Source of the DNA: Patescibacteria group bacterium | GTDB lineage: Bacteria; Patescibacteriota; Patescibacteriia; PEXW01 | Reading direction: 5' to 3' | Assembly: GCA_041665345.1 (NCBI GenBank) | Contig: JBAYJA010000003.1 | Coordinates: 103,202 to 167,201 of the forward strand | Length of the DNA: 64,000 nt | Shown: positions 47,119 through 56,641 of the stretch, one piece after another | How positions within the stretch are numbered: the first letter of the stretch is position 1 | Layout of the letters: each line of letters begins with the position of its first letter | Notes under the pieces: model-generated | The model's database searches: none | What the model saw: the letters and a program-made list of their open reading frames with translations, nothing else | Told to the model about the DNA's origin: nothing | Program-made: the position numbers and the translations under genes

Positions 47119-47167
47119 GTCAATAAAAAGACCCGCCTCCAGAGGGGAGACGGGTAAAGGTGCTTTA
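47119..47167 (-). terminator. Terminator-bearing 49-bp repeat (copy 2)
   Basis: gtcaataaaaagacccgcctccagaggggagacgggtaaaggtgcttta. Confidence 0.7.
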
Positions 47168-47560
47168 GACTTCATCATCACGATCACGCCTGCGTGGTTT
47201 GGCTTCTTGCTGTTTCTTTTGATCAGCAATCGCCTGCTCCACACCAAGAAGGTACAAGTCCAGGAAGAGTAATGAGCTATCTGGAAGAGCGTCGAATGCT
47301 TTTTGAACCCGTTGGTTTTCTAGTTGGATATCGGATTGGGAGAGAATACTTTGCCCGGTCAGGTAGCCCTGCGCATAAATTGAGTCAGCAGCTGCGCTCC
47401 CAAGAGATGTGCTGTCGCCTGGCGAAACTTTTGTCAGGTAGTTGTTGATCAGTTCCGTTACACTGTCCTCCCAAGCAGAGCTCTTACTTTGAAGGGCGAA
47501 GATTCCCCCAACGCAAAGCGCGATAATTGCCCATTTAAAGGGCCGTAACTTCTCCAGCAT
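47165..47560 (-). CDS. Hypothetical membrane-anchored protein (131 aa)
   Basis: MLEKLRPFKWAIIALCVGGIFAL...; its start ATG overlaps the stop of the upstream ORF by 1 nt (TGATG), suggesting translational coupling. Confidence 0.45.
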   Translation of the reverse strand: MLEKLRPFKWAIIALCVGGIFALQSKSSAWEDSVTELINNYLTKVSPGDSTSLGSAAADSIYAQGYLTGQSILSQSDIQLENQRVQKAFDALPDSSLLFLDLYLLGVEQAIADQKKQQEAKPRRRDRDDEV

Positions 47561-47796
47561 CACTCCCCCACTTTCTTCAGGATTGGCCACACAAAAGGTG
47601 TAACCCGGAGTGTCCGAGAAGTTTCGCAGTCTGCGCACACGTGGCTTTGCTTCTCATGAATTGGATGACCAGGCGCATCCCAGATTCCTCCGGTTGGTTG
47701 GGCGACTGCATGGTCACAGCCGGCTGGGTCACGGAATAGCCCAGCTTGGGCTAAGAGCGCGCTGATTTGCTCATCTGTCAGGTGAAGACGAGGCAT
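47560..47796 (-). CDS. Hypothetical small protein (78 aa)
   Basis: Strong SD aaggagg + aaat + ATG at 47796. Confidence 0.5.
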   Translation of the reverse strand: MPRLHLTDEQISALLAQAGLFRDPAGCDHAVAQPTGGIWDAPGHPIHEKQSHVCADCETSRTLRVTPFVWPILKKVGE

Positions 47797-47934
47797 ATTT
47801 CCTCCTTGTTAAAAGATCATTTTTCGTACCCTTTGTTGTACCTTTCCTGGGGCAGAACGTCAATGGCTTGCCCAAGTGCCAGGAAATGCAGTAGGATTGA
47901 CTTATCACGTCCTTTCCTTTACCGTCTAGTTCCT

Positions 47935-48168
47935 ATGGGTCTCCCTGCCAAACGCCGAACCAAACAATCCAAACGCGAGCGCGCTGCGCACTTCGCCCTT
48001 TCCGCTGCCTCGCTCACCGTTTGCCCCAAGTGCAAATCCGCCATCCTGCCCCACCGCGTGTGTGCGAATTGCGGGTTCTACAAGGGCCGCGATGTGCTGA
48101 AGCTCAAGGACAAAGATGCACGGACTGCAGCTCGAACCAAGAAGCGCGACAGCCGCGCTAGCCGGTAA
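47935..48168 (+). CDS. rpmF: 50S ribosomal protein L32
   Basis: MGLPAKRRTKQSKRERAAHFALSAASLTVCPKCKSAILPHRVCANCGFYKGRDV. Confidence 0.9.
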   Translation: MGLPAKRRTKQSKRERAAHFALSAASLTVCPKCKSAILPHRVCANCGFYKGRDVLKLKDKDARTAARTKKRDSRASR

Positions 48169-48171
48169 GCT

Positions 48172-48696
48172 ATGTCCAACCGGCACCTTGCCCGTACCAT
48201 TGCCCTCCAATCGCTTTTTGAGTGGGATTTTAATGGGAATGCTGCGGATCCGGAGGCGTTGATTGAGAAGAACAAGCTGGAGTTTGCTCCAGATTTTGAC
48301 GACCATGACTTTGCCCTGCGATTGGTGCGTGGGGTGCTGAAGCACCAACCCGAGATTGATAAGCTCATTGTGCAGTACGCCCCAGAGTGGCCACTTGATC
48401 AAATCACCAATGTTGACCGGAACGTCCTGCGCCTGGGGATTTTTGAACTGAAATTTTCCACGGCGGAAGTGCCACCCAAAGTGGCAATTAACGAATCCAT
48501 TGAACTAGCCAAGAGTTTTGGCGGCGAATCTTCCGGCCGGTTTGTGAACGGTGTGCTGGGCTCCATTTTCAAAGACCATTTGGAAACGCAGGCGCAAACT
48601 CCGGAAAGCCAGGTGATTACCCCAGAGAATGTGAAGCGCATGCTGGGCGAGAAGCCACCGGAGATGCCCCCTGCGTCCCCGCCACCTGCTGCATAA
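48172..48696 (+). CDS. nusB: Transcription antitermination factor NusB
   Basis: [16 protein letters not shown]...[14 protein letters not shown]. Confidence 0.85.
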   Translation: MSNRHLARTIALQSLFEWDFNGNAADPEALIEKNKLEFAPDFDDHDFALRLVRGVLKHQPEIDKLIVQYAPEWPLDQITNVDRNVLRLGIFELKFSTAEVPPKVAINESIELAKSFGGESSGRFVNGVLGSIFKDHLETQAQTPESQVITPENVKRMLGEKPPEMPPASPPPAA

Positions 48697-48702
48697 GTCT
48701 GT

Positions 48703-49392
48703 ATGAAACCTGTCCAGGAGTTTGCCAATGCCATGGGCTTGGAGTGCAAGAACCCCGAGATCCTGAAGCAAGCCTTTGTCCACCGGTCGTACCTCAACGA
48801 GCACCCCGAATTCCCCCTGGCGCACAACGAGCGTCTGGAGTTTCTTGGTGATGCCGTGCTGGAATTGGTCGTCACGGAGTACCTGTACCAAACCTACCCC
48901 AACCCCGAAGGTGAGCTGACCAACTGGCGCGCCAGCTTGGTGAACGCCAAGACCTTGTCCGAAATTGCGTCTGGCATTGGCATGGATGACTACCTCTACC
49001 TCTCCCGCGGTGAATCCCGGGACAAGAATTCCAAAGCGCGGCAAATTATTCTGGCCAACGCTATTGAAGCAGTGGTGGGCGCCATTTTCTTGGACCAGGG
49101 CTACCGCGCGGCGGAGAAGTTCATTTCTGACCACGTGCTCACCAAGTTCAAGTACATTTTGGAAAATCAACTGTACCGGGATCCCAAGAGCCAGTTCCAG
49201 GAAGCCAGCCAAGAGCGCATGGGCGTGACTCCGACCTATAAGGTACTGTCCCAATCCGGCCCAGACCACGCACGGAACTTCGTGGTGGGCGTGTTCATTG
49301 GCGATGAAAAAGTCGCGGAAGGTGAAGGCACGTCCAAGCAAGAGGCCCAGATGGCTGCTGCCGCGGCTGGGTGCAAGGTGAAGGGATGGTGA
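48703..49392 (+). CDS. rnc: Ribonuclease III
   Basis: HRSYLNE...NERLEFLGDAVLELVVTEYLY; dsRBD at the C-terminus. Confidence 0.9.
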   Translation: MKPVQEFANAMGLECKNPEILKQAFVHRSYLNEHPEFPLAHNERLEFLGDAVLELVVTEYLYQTYPNPEGELTNWRASLVNAKTLSEIASGIGMDDYLYLSRGESRDKNSKARQIILANAIEAVVGAIFLDQGYRAAEKFISDHVLTKFKYILENQLYRDPKSQFQEASQERMGVTPTYKVLSQSGPDHARNFVVGVFIGDEKVAEGEGTSKQEAQMAAAAAGCKVKGW

Positions 49393-49606
49393 GGGGGGTA
49401 AAAGGTTTGGGTGTGGCGGCGAGTGGGGTTGGAGGGTGAGGGTGGTAGGTAAAAAATGTAGGTGCACAGCTTGCTGTGCGCGGGGTTTGTTATTTGCAAA
49501 TCGTCATTTCTACAACTCTGTCATTGCGAGGAACGAGTCCTTGAGTGACGCGGCAATCCCGCTGTAATACGGAATCCATTTTGTGTAAGTGATGGGTTGC
49601 TTGTTA

Positions 49607-49634
49607 TTGACATTCCTGTTCCACAGGCGATAAT
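49607..49634 (+). promoter_or_regulatory. Sigma-70-like promoter (TTGACA-16 nt-GATAAT), first of two near-identical copies
   Basis: ttgttattgacattcctgttccacaggcgataatgg; paralogous copy at 50330..50357. Confidence 0.6.
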
Positions 49635-49665
49635 GGAATCAACATAGGGGGCAGGAGGAGGTTTC

Positions 49666-49752
49666 GTGAATACTATTGCACTAATCATCACAGGTGTTGC
49701 GTTCGTTGCTCTCGTTATTTTCCTTATACGCACTTCTCGAAAAGCTGAGTAG
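49666..49752 (+). CDS. Tiny membrane peptide (28 aa) ending RTSRKAE
   Basis: SD gcaggaggagg, GTG start; MNTIALIITGVAFVALVIFLIRTSRKAE; terminator gagctcgtctcccacgagctc-ttttt follows. Confidence 0.5.
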   Translation: MNTIALIITGVAFVALVIFLIRTSRKAE

Positions 49753-49871
49753 GGTCAGCTACGAGAAAACCCCTGAGCTCGTCTCCCACGAGCTCTTTTT
49801 GTTCGGCAGCATTGACAAAGTACACTTCCAGTGCTAGGGTTATGTGAAATAAATTAATCATAACCAAAGGA

Positions 49872-50240
49872 GTGAAAATGTCATTTTCAATGAAGAATCC
49901 TCGACCTGAAGTGACTGTATTTACCTGGTATGAGAACGATTTTGGGTATGCTCCCGACACGCTGCAGCTTTACGAGCGGGTACAAGAGTATATCCACGAT
50001 GAAATGATCACGGACATCGCATTTGATATGCGTCGGGTTCATCAGGTTAATGAACATGGTCTGAATCTGTTAGCCATTCTCCTCAGGGACATTCAGGCGG
50101 CGAAGCGGGTCTTTGTCCTACTGGGCAGTTCAAGAACAGTTCATTCTGCGCTCAAGCATGTCAATCCTGAGGCTCAGTTTCCAAGGTATCCCACTCTGAA
50201 AATGTACCTGGAAGCACTGCATAAGCAGCCTGCCCCATAA
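49872..50240 (+). CDS. STAS-domain protein (anti-sigma-factor antagonist SpoIIAA-like), paralog 1
   Basis: 122 aa; paralog of 50607..50969 with an identical C-terminus YPTL(K/D)MYLEALH(K/T)QPA. Confidence 0.65.
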   Translation: MKMSFSMKNPRPEVTVFTWYENDFGYAPDTLQLYERVQEYIHDEMITDIAFDMRRVHQVNEHGLNLLAILLRDIQAAKRVFVLLGSSRTVHSALKHVNPEAQFPRYPTLKMYLEALHKQPAP

Positions 50241-50329
50241 TCAATTAGCAAAGCTCACCAAAAGGGTGAGCTTTTTTTGCAAAAAAATTCCCTCGCCATC
50301 CGTGGATCGGCAAGCCTCGGTGTTTGTTA

Positions 50330-50357
50330 TTGACATTCCCATTCCACAGGAGATAAT
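50330..50357 (+). promoter_or_regulatory. Sigma-70-like promoter, second copy
   Basis: ttgacattcccattccacaggagataat. Confidence 0.6.
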
Positions 50358-50387
50358 ACAATCAACAGTCGTTCTTTTGGAGGTTCT

Positions 50388-50507
50388 GTGGAAAATATTT
50401 CCCCGTTGGAAATTGCACTCCTCTGCATTGCAATTGCCGTACTCGTTCTCATTTCAAGGCGCAATTTTCGGAAGGCTGAAAAAGATCAGCCTAAGCAACA
50501 ATCCTGA
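50388..50507 (+). CDS. Tiny membrane peptide (39 aa) ending NFRKAEKDQPKQQS
   Basis: SD ttggagg, GTG start; same terminator sequence as after the first peptide. Confidence 0.5.
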   Translation: MENISPLEIALLCIAIAVLVLISRRNFRKAEKDQPKQQS

Positions 50508-50606
50508 GCTCGTCTCCCACGAGCTCTTTTTCTTGGTCGCTTGACGTACCATAGCTGAAGTTATAGGGTTTTCTCAACACTGTTCATCAACAAGGAAGGA
50601 GAAGAA

Positions 50607-50969
50607 ATGTTGTTTCCCATCGCGTATCCGAAACCAGAAGTCGCTGTCATTACCGTGACGGTGAAAGTTTTTGGGGTTTCTCCCGATACTCTCGGAATTC
50701 GTGAACAGGTGCAGGAGCTTTTGCGAGAAAAGAAAGTACAGCACTTTGTTCTTGATTTGCAACACGTTGATTGGATGAACAGCTCTGGACTCGGGCTGCT
50801 CATTAGCCTTCTGAAGTACATACGGGATGCTGATTGCACGCTTGCCCTGCTCTGTGTTTCTGGAAAAGTTGAAGGAATACTTTTGAACACGAAGCTGGAC
50901 AAGGTGCTCCAAAGTTATCCCACCCTGGATATGTACCTGGAGGCGCTCCACACCCAACCTGCTCGTTAA
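50607..50969 (+). CDS. STAS-domain protein, paralog 2
   Basis: 120 aa; terminator gctcaccc-ttttc-ggtgagc-ttttttt. Confidence 0.65.
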   Translation: MLFPIAYPKPEVAVITVTVKVFGVSPDTLGIREQVQELLREKKVQHFVLDLQHVDWMNSSGLGLLISLLKYIRDADCTLALLCVSGKVEGILLNTKLDKVLQSYPTLDMYLEALHTQPAR

Positions 50970-51059
50970 CGCATTGGCAAAAGCTCACCCTTTTCGGTGA
51001 GCTTTTTTTGTAAAAAAAGTCCCCCGCCATCTGTTGATGACGAGGGGAAATTGCGTGCT

Positions 51060-51341
51060 TCATTCTTGCGCAGCGAACGTAAACATGTAGTACCCGTGTT
51101 GATTCGCCTTGAGTCCAGTAAGGACTGCAATGAGTTCAACCAACCGGCTATAGGTTCGCGGGTCTGGTCGCAGGTCCAGAGTTGTCGGAAGGCGTCTATG
51201 ATCTAGATCTAGTGGAGTATTGTCTTTACCGCGCGTGATGGAAAAGAGTGGTTCCGATTCTTGCGGTATTTCTGTTGGAAACCAGATTGAATCGCCTGGT
51301 TGCAGCGTCGTGGGCTCACCGTTGAAAAGAAGTTGTAACAC
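51060..51341 (-). CDS. Hypothetical protein (93 aa)
   Basis: ORF only. Confidence 0.3.
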   Translation of the reverse strand: MLQLLFNGEPTTLQPGDSIWFPTEIPQESEPLFSITRGKDNTPLDLDHRRLPTTLDLRPDPRTYSRLVELIAVLTGLKANQHGYYMFTFAAQE

Positions 51342-51487
51342 TTTTTACCTCCTGGTAATGGATTTTATATGTAGATACAGGAATTTTTTGTTTTGATTGT
51401 ACATCGTAAATCAACGCGCTTCCTCTGTCAATGGCTGCATTTATAAAAATTCCCCCCGCCATTTGTTGATGACGAGTGGTAGGTGTT

Positions 51488-51637
51488 CTAGTTGCGGTGC
51501 TTGGTGGGGTACACGCCGCGGTACTGTGAGGGAGTTTCTTTCCACTGCTCTCGCTTGCGGAAGATGATCCAGGCGCACCCGGCAAGCATTGCGCCGATGA
51601 TCAGTGTAATTCCGATTCCCTGCAATACGTTTCCCAT
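51488..51637 (-). CDS. Small membrane peptide (49 aa)
   Basis: SD ctggagg + aaaga + ATG; MGNVLQGIGITLIIGAMLAGCAWIIFRKREQW... Confidence 0.5.
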   Translation of the reverse strand: MGNVLQGIGITLIIGAMLAGCAWIIFRKREQWKETPSQYRGVYPTKHRN

Positions 51638-51808
51638 TCTTTCCTCCAGGAAAAGTTTTGTTTCCCTAATTTCCAAAAATTGTAGCAAAGTGTAAGTGGT
51701 TTGTCAATGGTCGGGTTGACGACCTGAGCGCACTCCCCTACACTTGGACGGAAAGAAAAATCGATTTTTCCCAAACCGTCTTAGAGAAAGGAACGGAGGT
51801 TTATAGTA

Positions 51809-52456
51809 ATGCGGAAATATACCGATGATGAAATGATTGCACGGCTGGAGCGAGTCGGTGTTATCGTCCATAACACGCACGTGAAACTCAGCAATGGTTG
51901 CTGTACCCGGACGTACGCCAATTTTGTGCCGGGGCTGGTGCCGCGGGAGGAACGCTCAGTATTGGTTTCCGAAGCAGCGGCGTTAGTGCAGCATTCTCAT
52001 TCATCTGCTCCAGTGATTGTGGGAGCGGGGTGTGGATCCTACTATGCGCTACAGGTTGCAGATTTGCTTGGATTAAGCTTTGCCTATGCAGAGCGGGCTG
52101 AGGGGGGCGTCTTCAGGTTTAAACGAGAACAAACCAAACTCATTGCAAATCGCAACATTGTGCTTTTCGATGACGTCCTCACCACATCCACCACGCTCAC
52201 GAAACTTGGAAAGCTTGTTAAGGCGTGTGGTGGAATGCCGACGCAAGGAATTGTACTGCTGAATCGCTCCCAGGATTCGCACGTGGTTCCCGAGCTGGAT
52301 GCCGAAGTACCAATCCACCAGCTTATGGAAAGGTACTATGAAATGTGGCCCTCAGAAGCTCTTTGCCCAGAATGTGCAAAAGGAAACCGTCCAAGCCCAA
52401 ATATTGAAGGCGGTGAAAGGGTTTTTCGGCAGCATGGCTATCGTGCCCAATCGTAA
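51809..52456 (+). CDS. Phosphoribosyltransferase-family protein (type I PRT fold)
   Basis: PRPP-binding motif NIVLFDDVLTTSTT. Confidence 0.65.
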   Translation: MRKYTDDEMIARLERVGVIVHNTHVKLSNGCCTRTYANFVPGLVPREERSVLVSEAAALVQHSHSSAPVIVGAGCGSYYALQVADLLGLSFAYAERAEGGVFRFKREQTKLIANRNIVLFDDVLTTSTTLTKLGKLVKACGGMPTQGIVLLNRSQDSHVVPELDAEVPIHQLMERYYEMWPSEALCPECAKGNRPSPNIEGGERVFRQHGYRAQS

Positions 52457-52559
52457 TCTGTACTCCGGCGAGTCCCCTACTCGCCGGTTTTTTTATTGTT
52501 TCCTTAGCATAAAATTGGTACACTACTAGCGTTGATTCTCGCTGTTTTTCTGTAACCCG

Positions 52560-55223
52560 GTGTATCTCGAAAAGCTCACCATTCAGGGATTCAAATCCTT
52601 TGCCAACCGCACGGAGCTCTTGTTCCAGCGTGGGATTGCGGCCATTGTGGGGCCCAACGGCTCGGGGAAGTCCAACGTGGCTGACGCCATGCGCTGGGTG
52701 CTGGGCGAGCAGAGTTTGAAGATCATTCGCGGGAAGAAGAGCGAGGATGTGATTTTTTCGGGTTCGGACAAGAAAACCCGGCTGGGTATGGCTGAGGTGT
52801 CGTTGACGTTGGACAACCGCGAAGGCCGGGCGCCTATTGATTACAAGCAGCTCACGGTCACCCGGCGGATCCACAAGGACGGGACGTCGGAGTACCTGGT
52901 GAATGGTAGCCAAAGCCGACTGTCCGACATTCAGCTGCTGCTGGCGCGGTCCAACATTGGCCAGCGAACCTATTCGGTCATTGGCCAAGGGCAGGTGGAC
53001 GCCGTGCTGGTGGCCACACCCATGGAGCGTAAGCAGTTTTTTGACGAAGCGGCCGGGGTGCGGCCGTTCCAAATGAAGAAAGAGCAGGCGGAGAATAAGC
53101 TGGCTGCCACTCGGGAGAACGTGGCGCAGGCGCAGCTGCTGATTGATGAAATTGCCCCGCGGCTCCGCTCCCTTACCCGGCAGGTGAAGCGTTTGAATGA
53201 CCGCGAAGAGATTGCCAAGGAGTTGCGCGACTTCCAGGTGCAGGCATACAGCGCCAAAGTTGCGTTGCTGAACAAAGAACTCCATGCGGCGCAGAAGGAA
53301 TTGCAGAGTGCGGAAAAGGCCCAGGCAAGCGCGTTGGCTGAGTTGCAGAAGATTCAGCGTCAGGTAGACGCGGAAGAGCGCGGGAGCTCCCGGCACGAAC
53401 ACTTCACCAAGCTCCAGCGCACGCACCAAGAACTGATTGACCAGCGGAACCGGTTGCTTACGGATCGTGCTGCCTTGGCGGGAAAAGTTGCTGCAACCTT
53501 GTCCCAGGCTGGTCAAGCAAATGTTTCCTGGCTCACCCACCGGCAGGCAGAAATTGCTGGTCGCCTGAGCGCCATTGCTGAGGAGCGTGCAGCCAGCGAC
53601 CGGAAACGAGAGAAGCTCACCAAGCACATGGCTGAGGTGCAGGAGAAACTGCACAGCCACGCCAAAGGCATTCAAGAATTGGAAGCCGGGTTGCTCCGGG
53701 CGGAACAAGCGCTCAAAACTCGGACGACCCTCACCGTGCCAGACTTGGCCAAGGAAGTAGCCGAAGTGCTCACTGGCCACCAGAAGTTCATTGCGGCGGT
53801 ACGCGCGGCTGACTCTATTGACGCGCTGAAAGCTTTGCACGGGGAAGCGCACCGTCTGGATACCCGCGCCGCGAAGTTCTTGGACAAGCTCTCTGCGCAA
53901 ACCCCCAGCGTTGATCCTGCCCAGCTCATCATCCTGCAACGGTCACTCCACCAGCACATGCAGGAGAAGGAACAGGTGGCCAATGAAGAGCACACGTTGC
54001 ACACGGAGCAGCATGCTCTGGAAGAGCGGGACCACACCTTTGCAGATGAAGTGCGTCGCTTGGAGCACGAGCATGCCAACGTCGCCAAAGAGCTGAAGCT
54101 GGCGCAGCTGAAGCCTGGCTCCAAAGCTGAGGCGGATGCTGCCGTGGCGCAGGCGCAGGCTGAGGTGGATGGGCAGCTTGCTACTGTTGATCGAGAACTT
54201 GGGCAAGCGCGCCATGCATTGGATGGGTTTAACCAAACCGAGCAGGATAAACGGGACACGCTCTTTGCTTTGCAGAAAGCCGCCCGGAGTGCACAGGACG
54301 AAGCGCGGGTTGCCGAAGGCAAACTGGCGGACGCGCGGGTGCAGCTGGCTCGCTTGGAAACTCGGCAGGAAGATTTACTCCGGGAAATCCGGGCAGAACT
54401 ACCAGCCGAACTTGCAGCCAAAGCAGAAAAAGCCACCACGGTTCCGGATGCGGACGTGGCTGCCCTGGAAGACACGATTGCCAAAGCCAAGCACAATTTG
54501 GAACTCATTGGTGGCATTGATGAAAACGCCAAGCAAGAGTACGACCAGACCAATGAGCGCTACACTTTCCTCACCACGCAGGTGGATGATTTGACCAAGG
54601 CGGGTGCAGATTTGGAAACCGGGATTGCGAAATTGGAAGCAACCATCAAGGAGAAATTTGAAAAATCTTTTGATCGGGTGAGCGAAGAATTCACCAAGTA
54701 CTTCAAAATGCTGTTCAACGGTGGAAATGCCACCTTGCAATTGGTGAAAGAAGAAGTGGTTGATCCTGTGGACGTGGCTGACGATGAGGATGAAGATGAC
54801 GAGGACGAGGAAGAAGAAGTACTGGTGAAGCCAAAAGCCAAGGGTGAGAAGGTGGTGACTGGCGTGGAAATATTCGCCACCCCACCCGGCAAGCGCCTGC
54901 GCGGCATAGCCATGCTCTCCGGTGGTGAACGGGCGTTAACCTCCATTGCCCTCATCTGCGCCATCCTGGCTTCCAATCCCTCCCCCTTCGTGGTGCTGGA
55001 TGAAGTGGATGCGGCACTCGATGAGTCCAACTCCATCCGCTTTGCGCAAATTCTGTCCAAGCTAGCGCACCGCACGCAGTTCATTACCATCACCCACAAC
55101 CGCGCCACCATGGCGGAAGCCGCCCTGCTCTACGGCGTGACTATGGGTGATGACGGCGTGTCCAAGCTCCTGTCCGTGAAAATGGAAGATGTCGGTAAGG
55201 TCATTGCAGGGGTGAAGAAGTAG
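52560..55223 (+). CDS. smc: Chromosome segregation protein SMC (short, 887 aa)
   Basis: GTG start; Walker A GPNGSGKSN; signature LSGGERALTSIAL; Walker B VVLDEVDAALD; long coiled coils. Confidence 0.85.
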   Translation: MYLEKLTIQGFKSFANRTELLFQRGIAAIVGPNGSGKSNVADAMRWVLGEQSLKIIRGKKSEDVIFSGSDKKTRLGMAEVSLTLDNREGRAPIDYKQLTVTRRIHKDGTSEYLVNGSQSRLSDIQLLLARSNIGQRTYSVIGQGQVDAVLVATPMERKQFFDEAAGVRPFQMKKEQAENKLAATRENVAQAQLLIDEIAPRLRSLTRQVKRLNDREEIAKELRDFQVQAYSAKVALLNKELHAAQKELQSAEKAQASALAELQKIQRQVDAEERGSSRHEHFTKLQRTHQELIDQRNRLLTDRAALAGKVAATLSQAGQANVSWLTHRQAEIAGRLSAIAEERAASDRKREKLTKHMAEVQEKLHSHAKGIQELEAGLLRAEQALKTRTTLTVPDLAKEVAEVLTGHQKFIAAVRAADSIDALKALHGEAHRLDTRAAKFLDKLSAQTPSVDPAQLIILQRSLHQHMQEKEQVANEEHTLHTEQHALEERDHTFADEVRRLEHEHANVAKELKLAQLKPGSKAEADAAVAQAQAEVDGQLATVDRELGQARHALDGFNQTEQDKRDTLFALQKAARSAQDEARVAEGKLADARVQLARLETRQEDLLREIRAELPAELAAKAEKATTVPDADVAALEDTIAKAKHNLELIGGIDENAKQEYDQTNERYTFLTTQVDDLTKAGADLETGIAKLEATIKEKFEKSFDRVSEEFTKYFKMLFNGGNATLQLVKEEVVDPVDVADDEDEDDEDEEEEVLVKPKAKGEKVVTGVEIFATPPGKRLRGIAMLSGGERALTSIALICAILASNPSPFVVLDEVDAALDESNSIRFAQILSKLAHRTQFITITHNRATMAEAALLYGVTMGDDGVSKLLSVKMEDVGKVIAGVKK

Positions 55224-55421
55224 GAAGCAGCCGTAAAGCCGTAAGCCATAAAGCTATAAGGGCAATAGTGGTTTTTTCCTTTAGCATTTGGTCATAGGAA
55301 AATAGAGAGGGGCAAACCCGCCATCTCCACCTTCCGATCCATAACGCTACCCAAAACCAAAACCTTCATCCCCCCGCCCCCTCTTGACGCATTCCCCCAT
55401 TCCCAGTACACTCTCCTCACT

Positions 55422-55910
55422 ATGGTTTCTATCCGACTTAGCCGCACTGGCAAAAAGAATCACGCGACCTTCCGCTTTATCGTGTCTGATAAGCAGCGGG
55501 ACACGGTTGCGCCTGCTTTGGAAATCTTGGGCTGGTACGATCCACATACGAATCCTGGCACCATTGAAGTGAAAGCTGACCGGGTGCAGTACTGGCTGAG
55601 CAAAGGCGCCCAAGCTTCCCCCAGCGCGCACAATCTTTTGGTTACGGCCGGGGTTATCAAGGCTGACAAAGTTGTGGTCGCCAAAGCCAAGAAGAAGGAC
55701 GAACCCAAGGTTGAGGAAAAACCTGCAGCAGCCCCAAAGGCCGAAGCCCCCAAAGCCGAGGAGAAAAAGGAAGAAGCTCCGGCAAATGCAGAAGAGCCAA
55801 AGATTGAAGTACCCAAGGCTGAAGTAAAACCTGAAGAAAAGAAGGAAGAGGCTCCAGCTACTGAAGCACCGAAGGCGGAGGAGAAGAAAGCGGAAGAAAC
55901 GAAGAACTAG
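55422..55910 (+). CDS. rpsP: 30S ribosomal protein S16 with a Lys/Ala/Pro/Glu-rich C-terminal extension
   Basis: MVSIRLSRTGKKNHATFRFIVSDKQRDTVAPALEILGWYDP; terminator agagccgagaggctct-ttttct. Confidence 0.9.
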   Translation: MVSIRLSRTGKKNHATFRFIVSDKQRDTVAPALEILGWYDPHTNPGTIEVKADRVQYWLSKGAQASPSAHNLLVTAGVIKADKVVVAKAKKKDEPKVEEKPAAAPKAEAPKAEEKKEEAPANAEEPKIEVPKAEVKPEEKKEEAPATEAPKAEEKKAEETKN

Positions 55911-55958
55911 GAACCTAGAACGTAGAACAGAGAACCAGAGAGCCGAGAGGCTCTTTTT

Positions 55959-56043
55959 CTGTCATCCTGAGTCCCGTCGCGGGGCGAAGGATCTCCGAAG
56001 GTTGTACATTCTCAGGAGATCCTTCGAAGACTCAGGATGACAG
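55959..56043. repeat. Palindromic element, copy 1 (about 27-nt inverted arms GTCATCCTGAGTCTTCGAAGGATCTCC around a TTGTACATT-containing loop; the left arm carries a 12-nt insertion)
   Basis: ctgtcatcctgagtc[ccgtcgcggggc]gaaggatctccgaaggttgtacattctcaggagatccttcgaagactcaggatgacag. Confidence 0.8.
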
Positions 56044-56121
56044 AGGAGGATTTGACACCCCTCACCCCCAGACGTAAGCTGGGTGGAATGCACATTGAAA
56101 ACCCATTAGGAGGATCAGAAT

Positions 56122-56550
56122 ATGGCGAAGAAACAAGTTCGAAACATGAGAACCGTTTTGACTGCAGCCCAAGCTCGAAAAGCATCAAAACGTGGGCGGC
56201 AGATTGCGACCGTTGCACAAGAAAAGAAGCAGACTGAAGCGCAAGCAAATTGGGCCAAACATATTCTACAAGGCAAGAAGCTTGCCCCGGCGTACTTTTT
56301 GGAGACCGTGCAGCCCCAAATTGCAGCAGCGACCGCTCGGGGTCAGCATGCAGTTTCCATTACCGTGCACAACAATCAGGGAGAAAACTACAACCTCAGT
56401 CCTCTCCTGAGTGGTTTAGTGTCTGGTCTCCTCAAAAAGTTGAAAGGCTTGGGATACACAGCGACATCAAAGTCAAAGTATAACAAGACATTCGGTAGCG
56501 ATGACCCGTACGGTAACGCGACCTACTTCACCCTGGAAATTTCCTGGTAA
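56122..56550 (+). CDS. Hypothetical protein (142 aa)
   Basis: SD taggagg; TTGACA-like box at 56052 just after the palindromic element. Confidence 0.45.
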   Translation: MAKKQVRNMRTVLTAAQARKASKRGRQIATVAQEKKQTEAQANWAKHILQGKKLAPAYFLETVQPQIAAATARGQHAVSITVHNNQGENYNLSPLLSGLVSGLLKKLKGLGYTATSKSKYNKTFGSDDPYGNATYFTLEISW

Positions 56551-56597
56551 CGAACCTTTCCACCCTACTTTGCTGGGCAGAGCAAGAACTATAATCC

Positions 56598-56641
56598 CTA
56601 AACCATAGCCGACGGTAGACAACCTAGGTACTGGAGAAAAA
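56598..56641 (+). promoter_or_regulatory. Conserved 5' leader CTAAACCATAGCCGA(C/T)GG...CCTAGG...ACTGGAG(G)A, copy 1 of 3 (others 57358..57404 and 58148..58192), each preceded by a TATAAT-like -10
   Basis: Three-way alignment upstream of the paralogs P1-P3. Confidence 0.65.

Noticed and set aside
52560-55223. SMC being a truncated pseudogene because it is only 887 aa
   Set aside because: Intact N-terminal Walker A, C-terminal signature and Walker B motifs with a continuous coiled-coil ORF. A shortened coiled coil is plausible in reduced genomes. Kept as functional smc.
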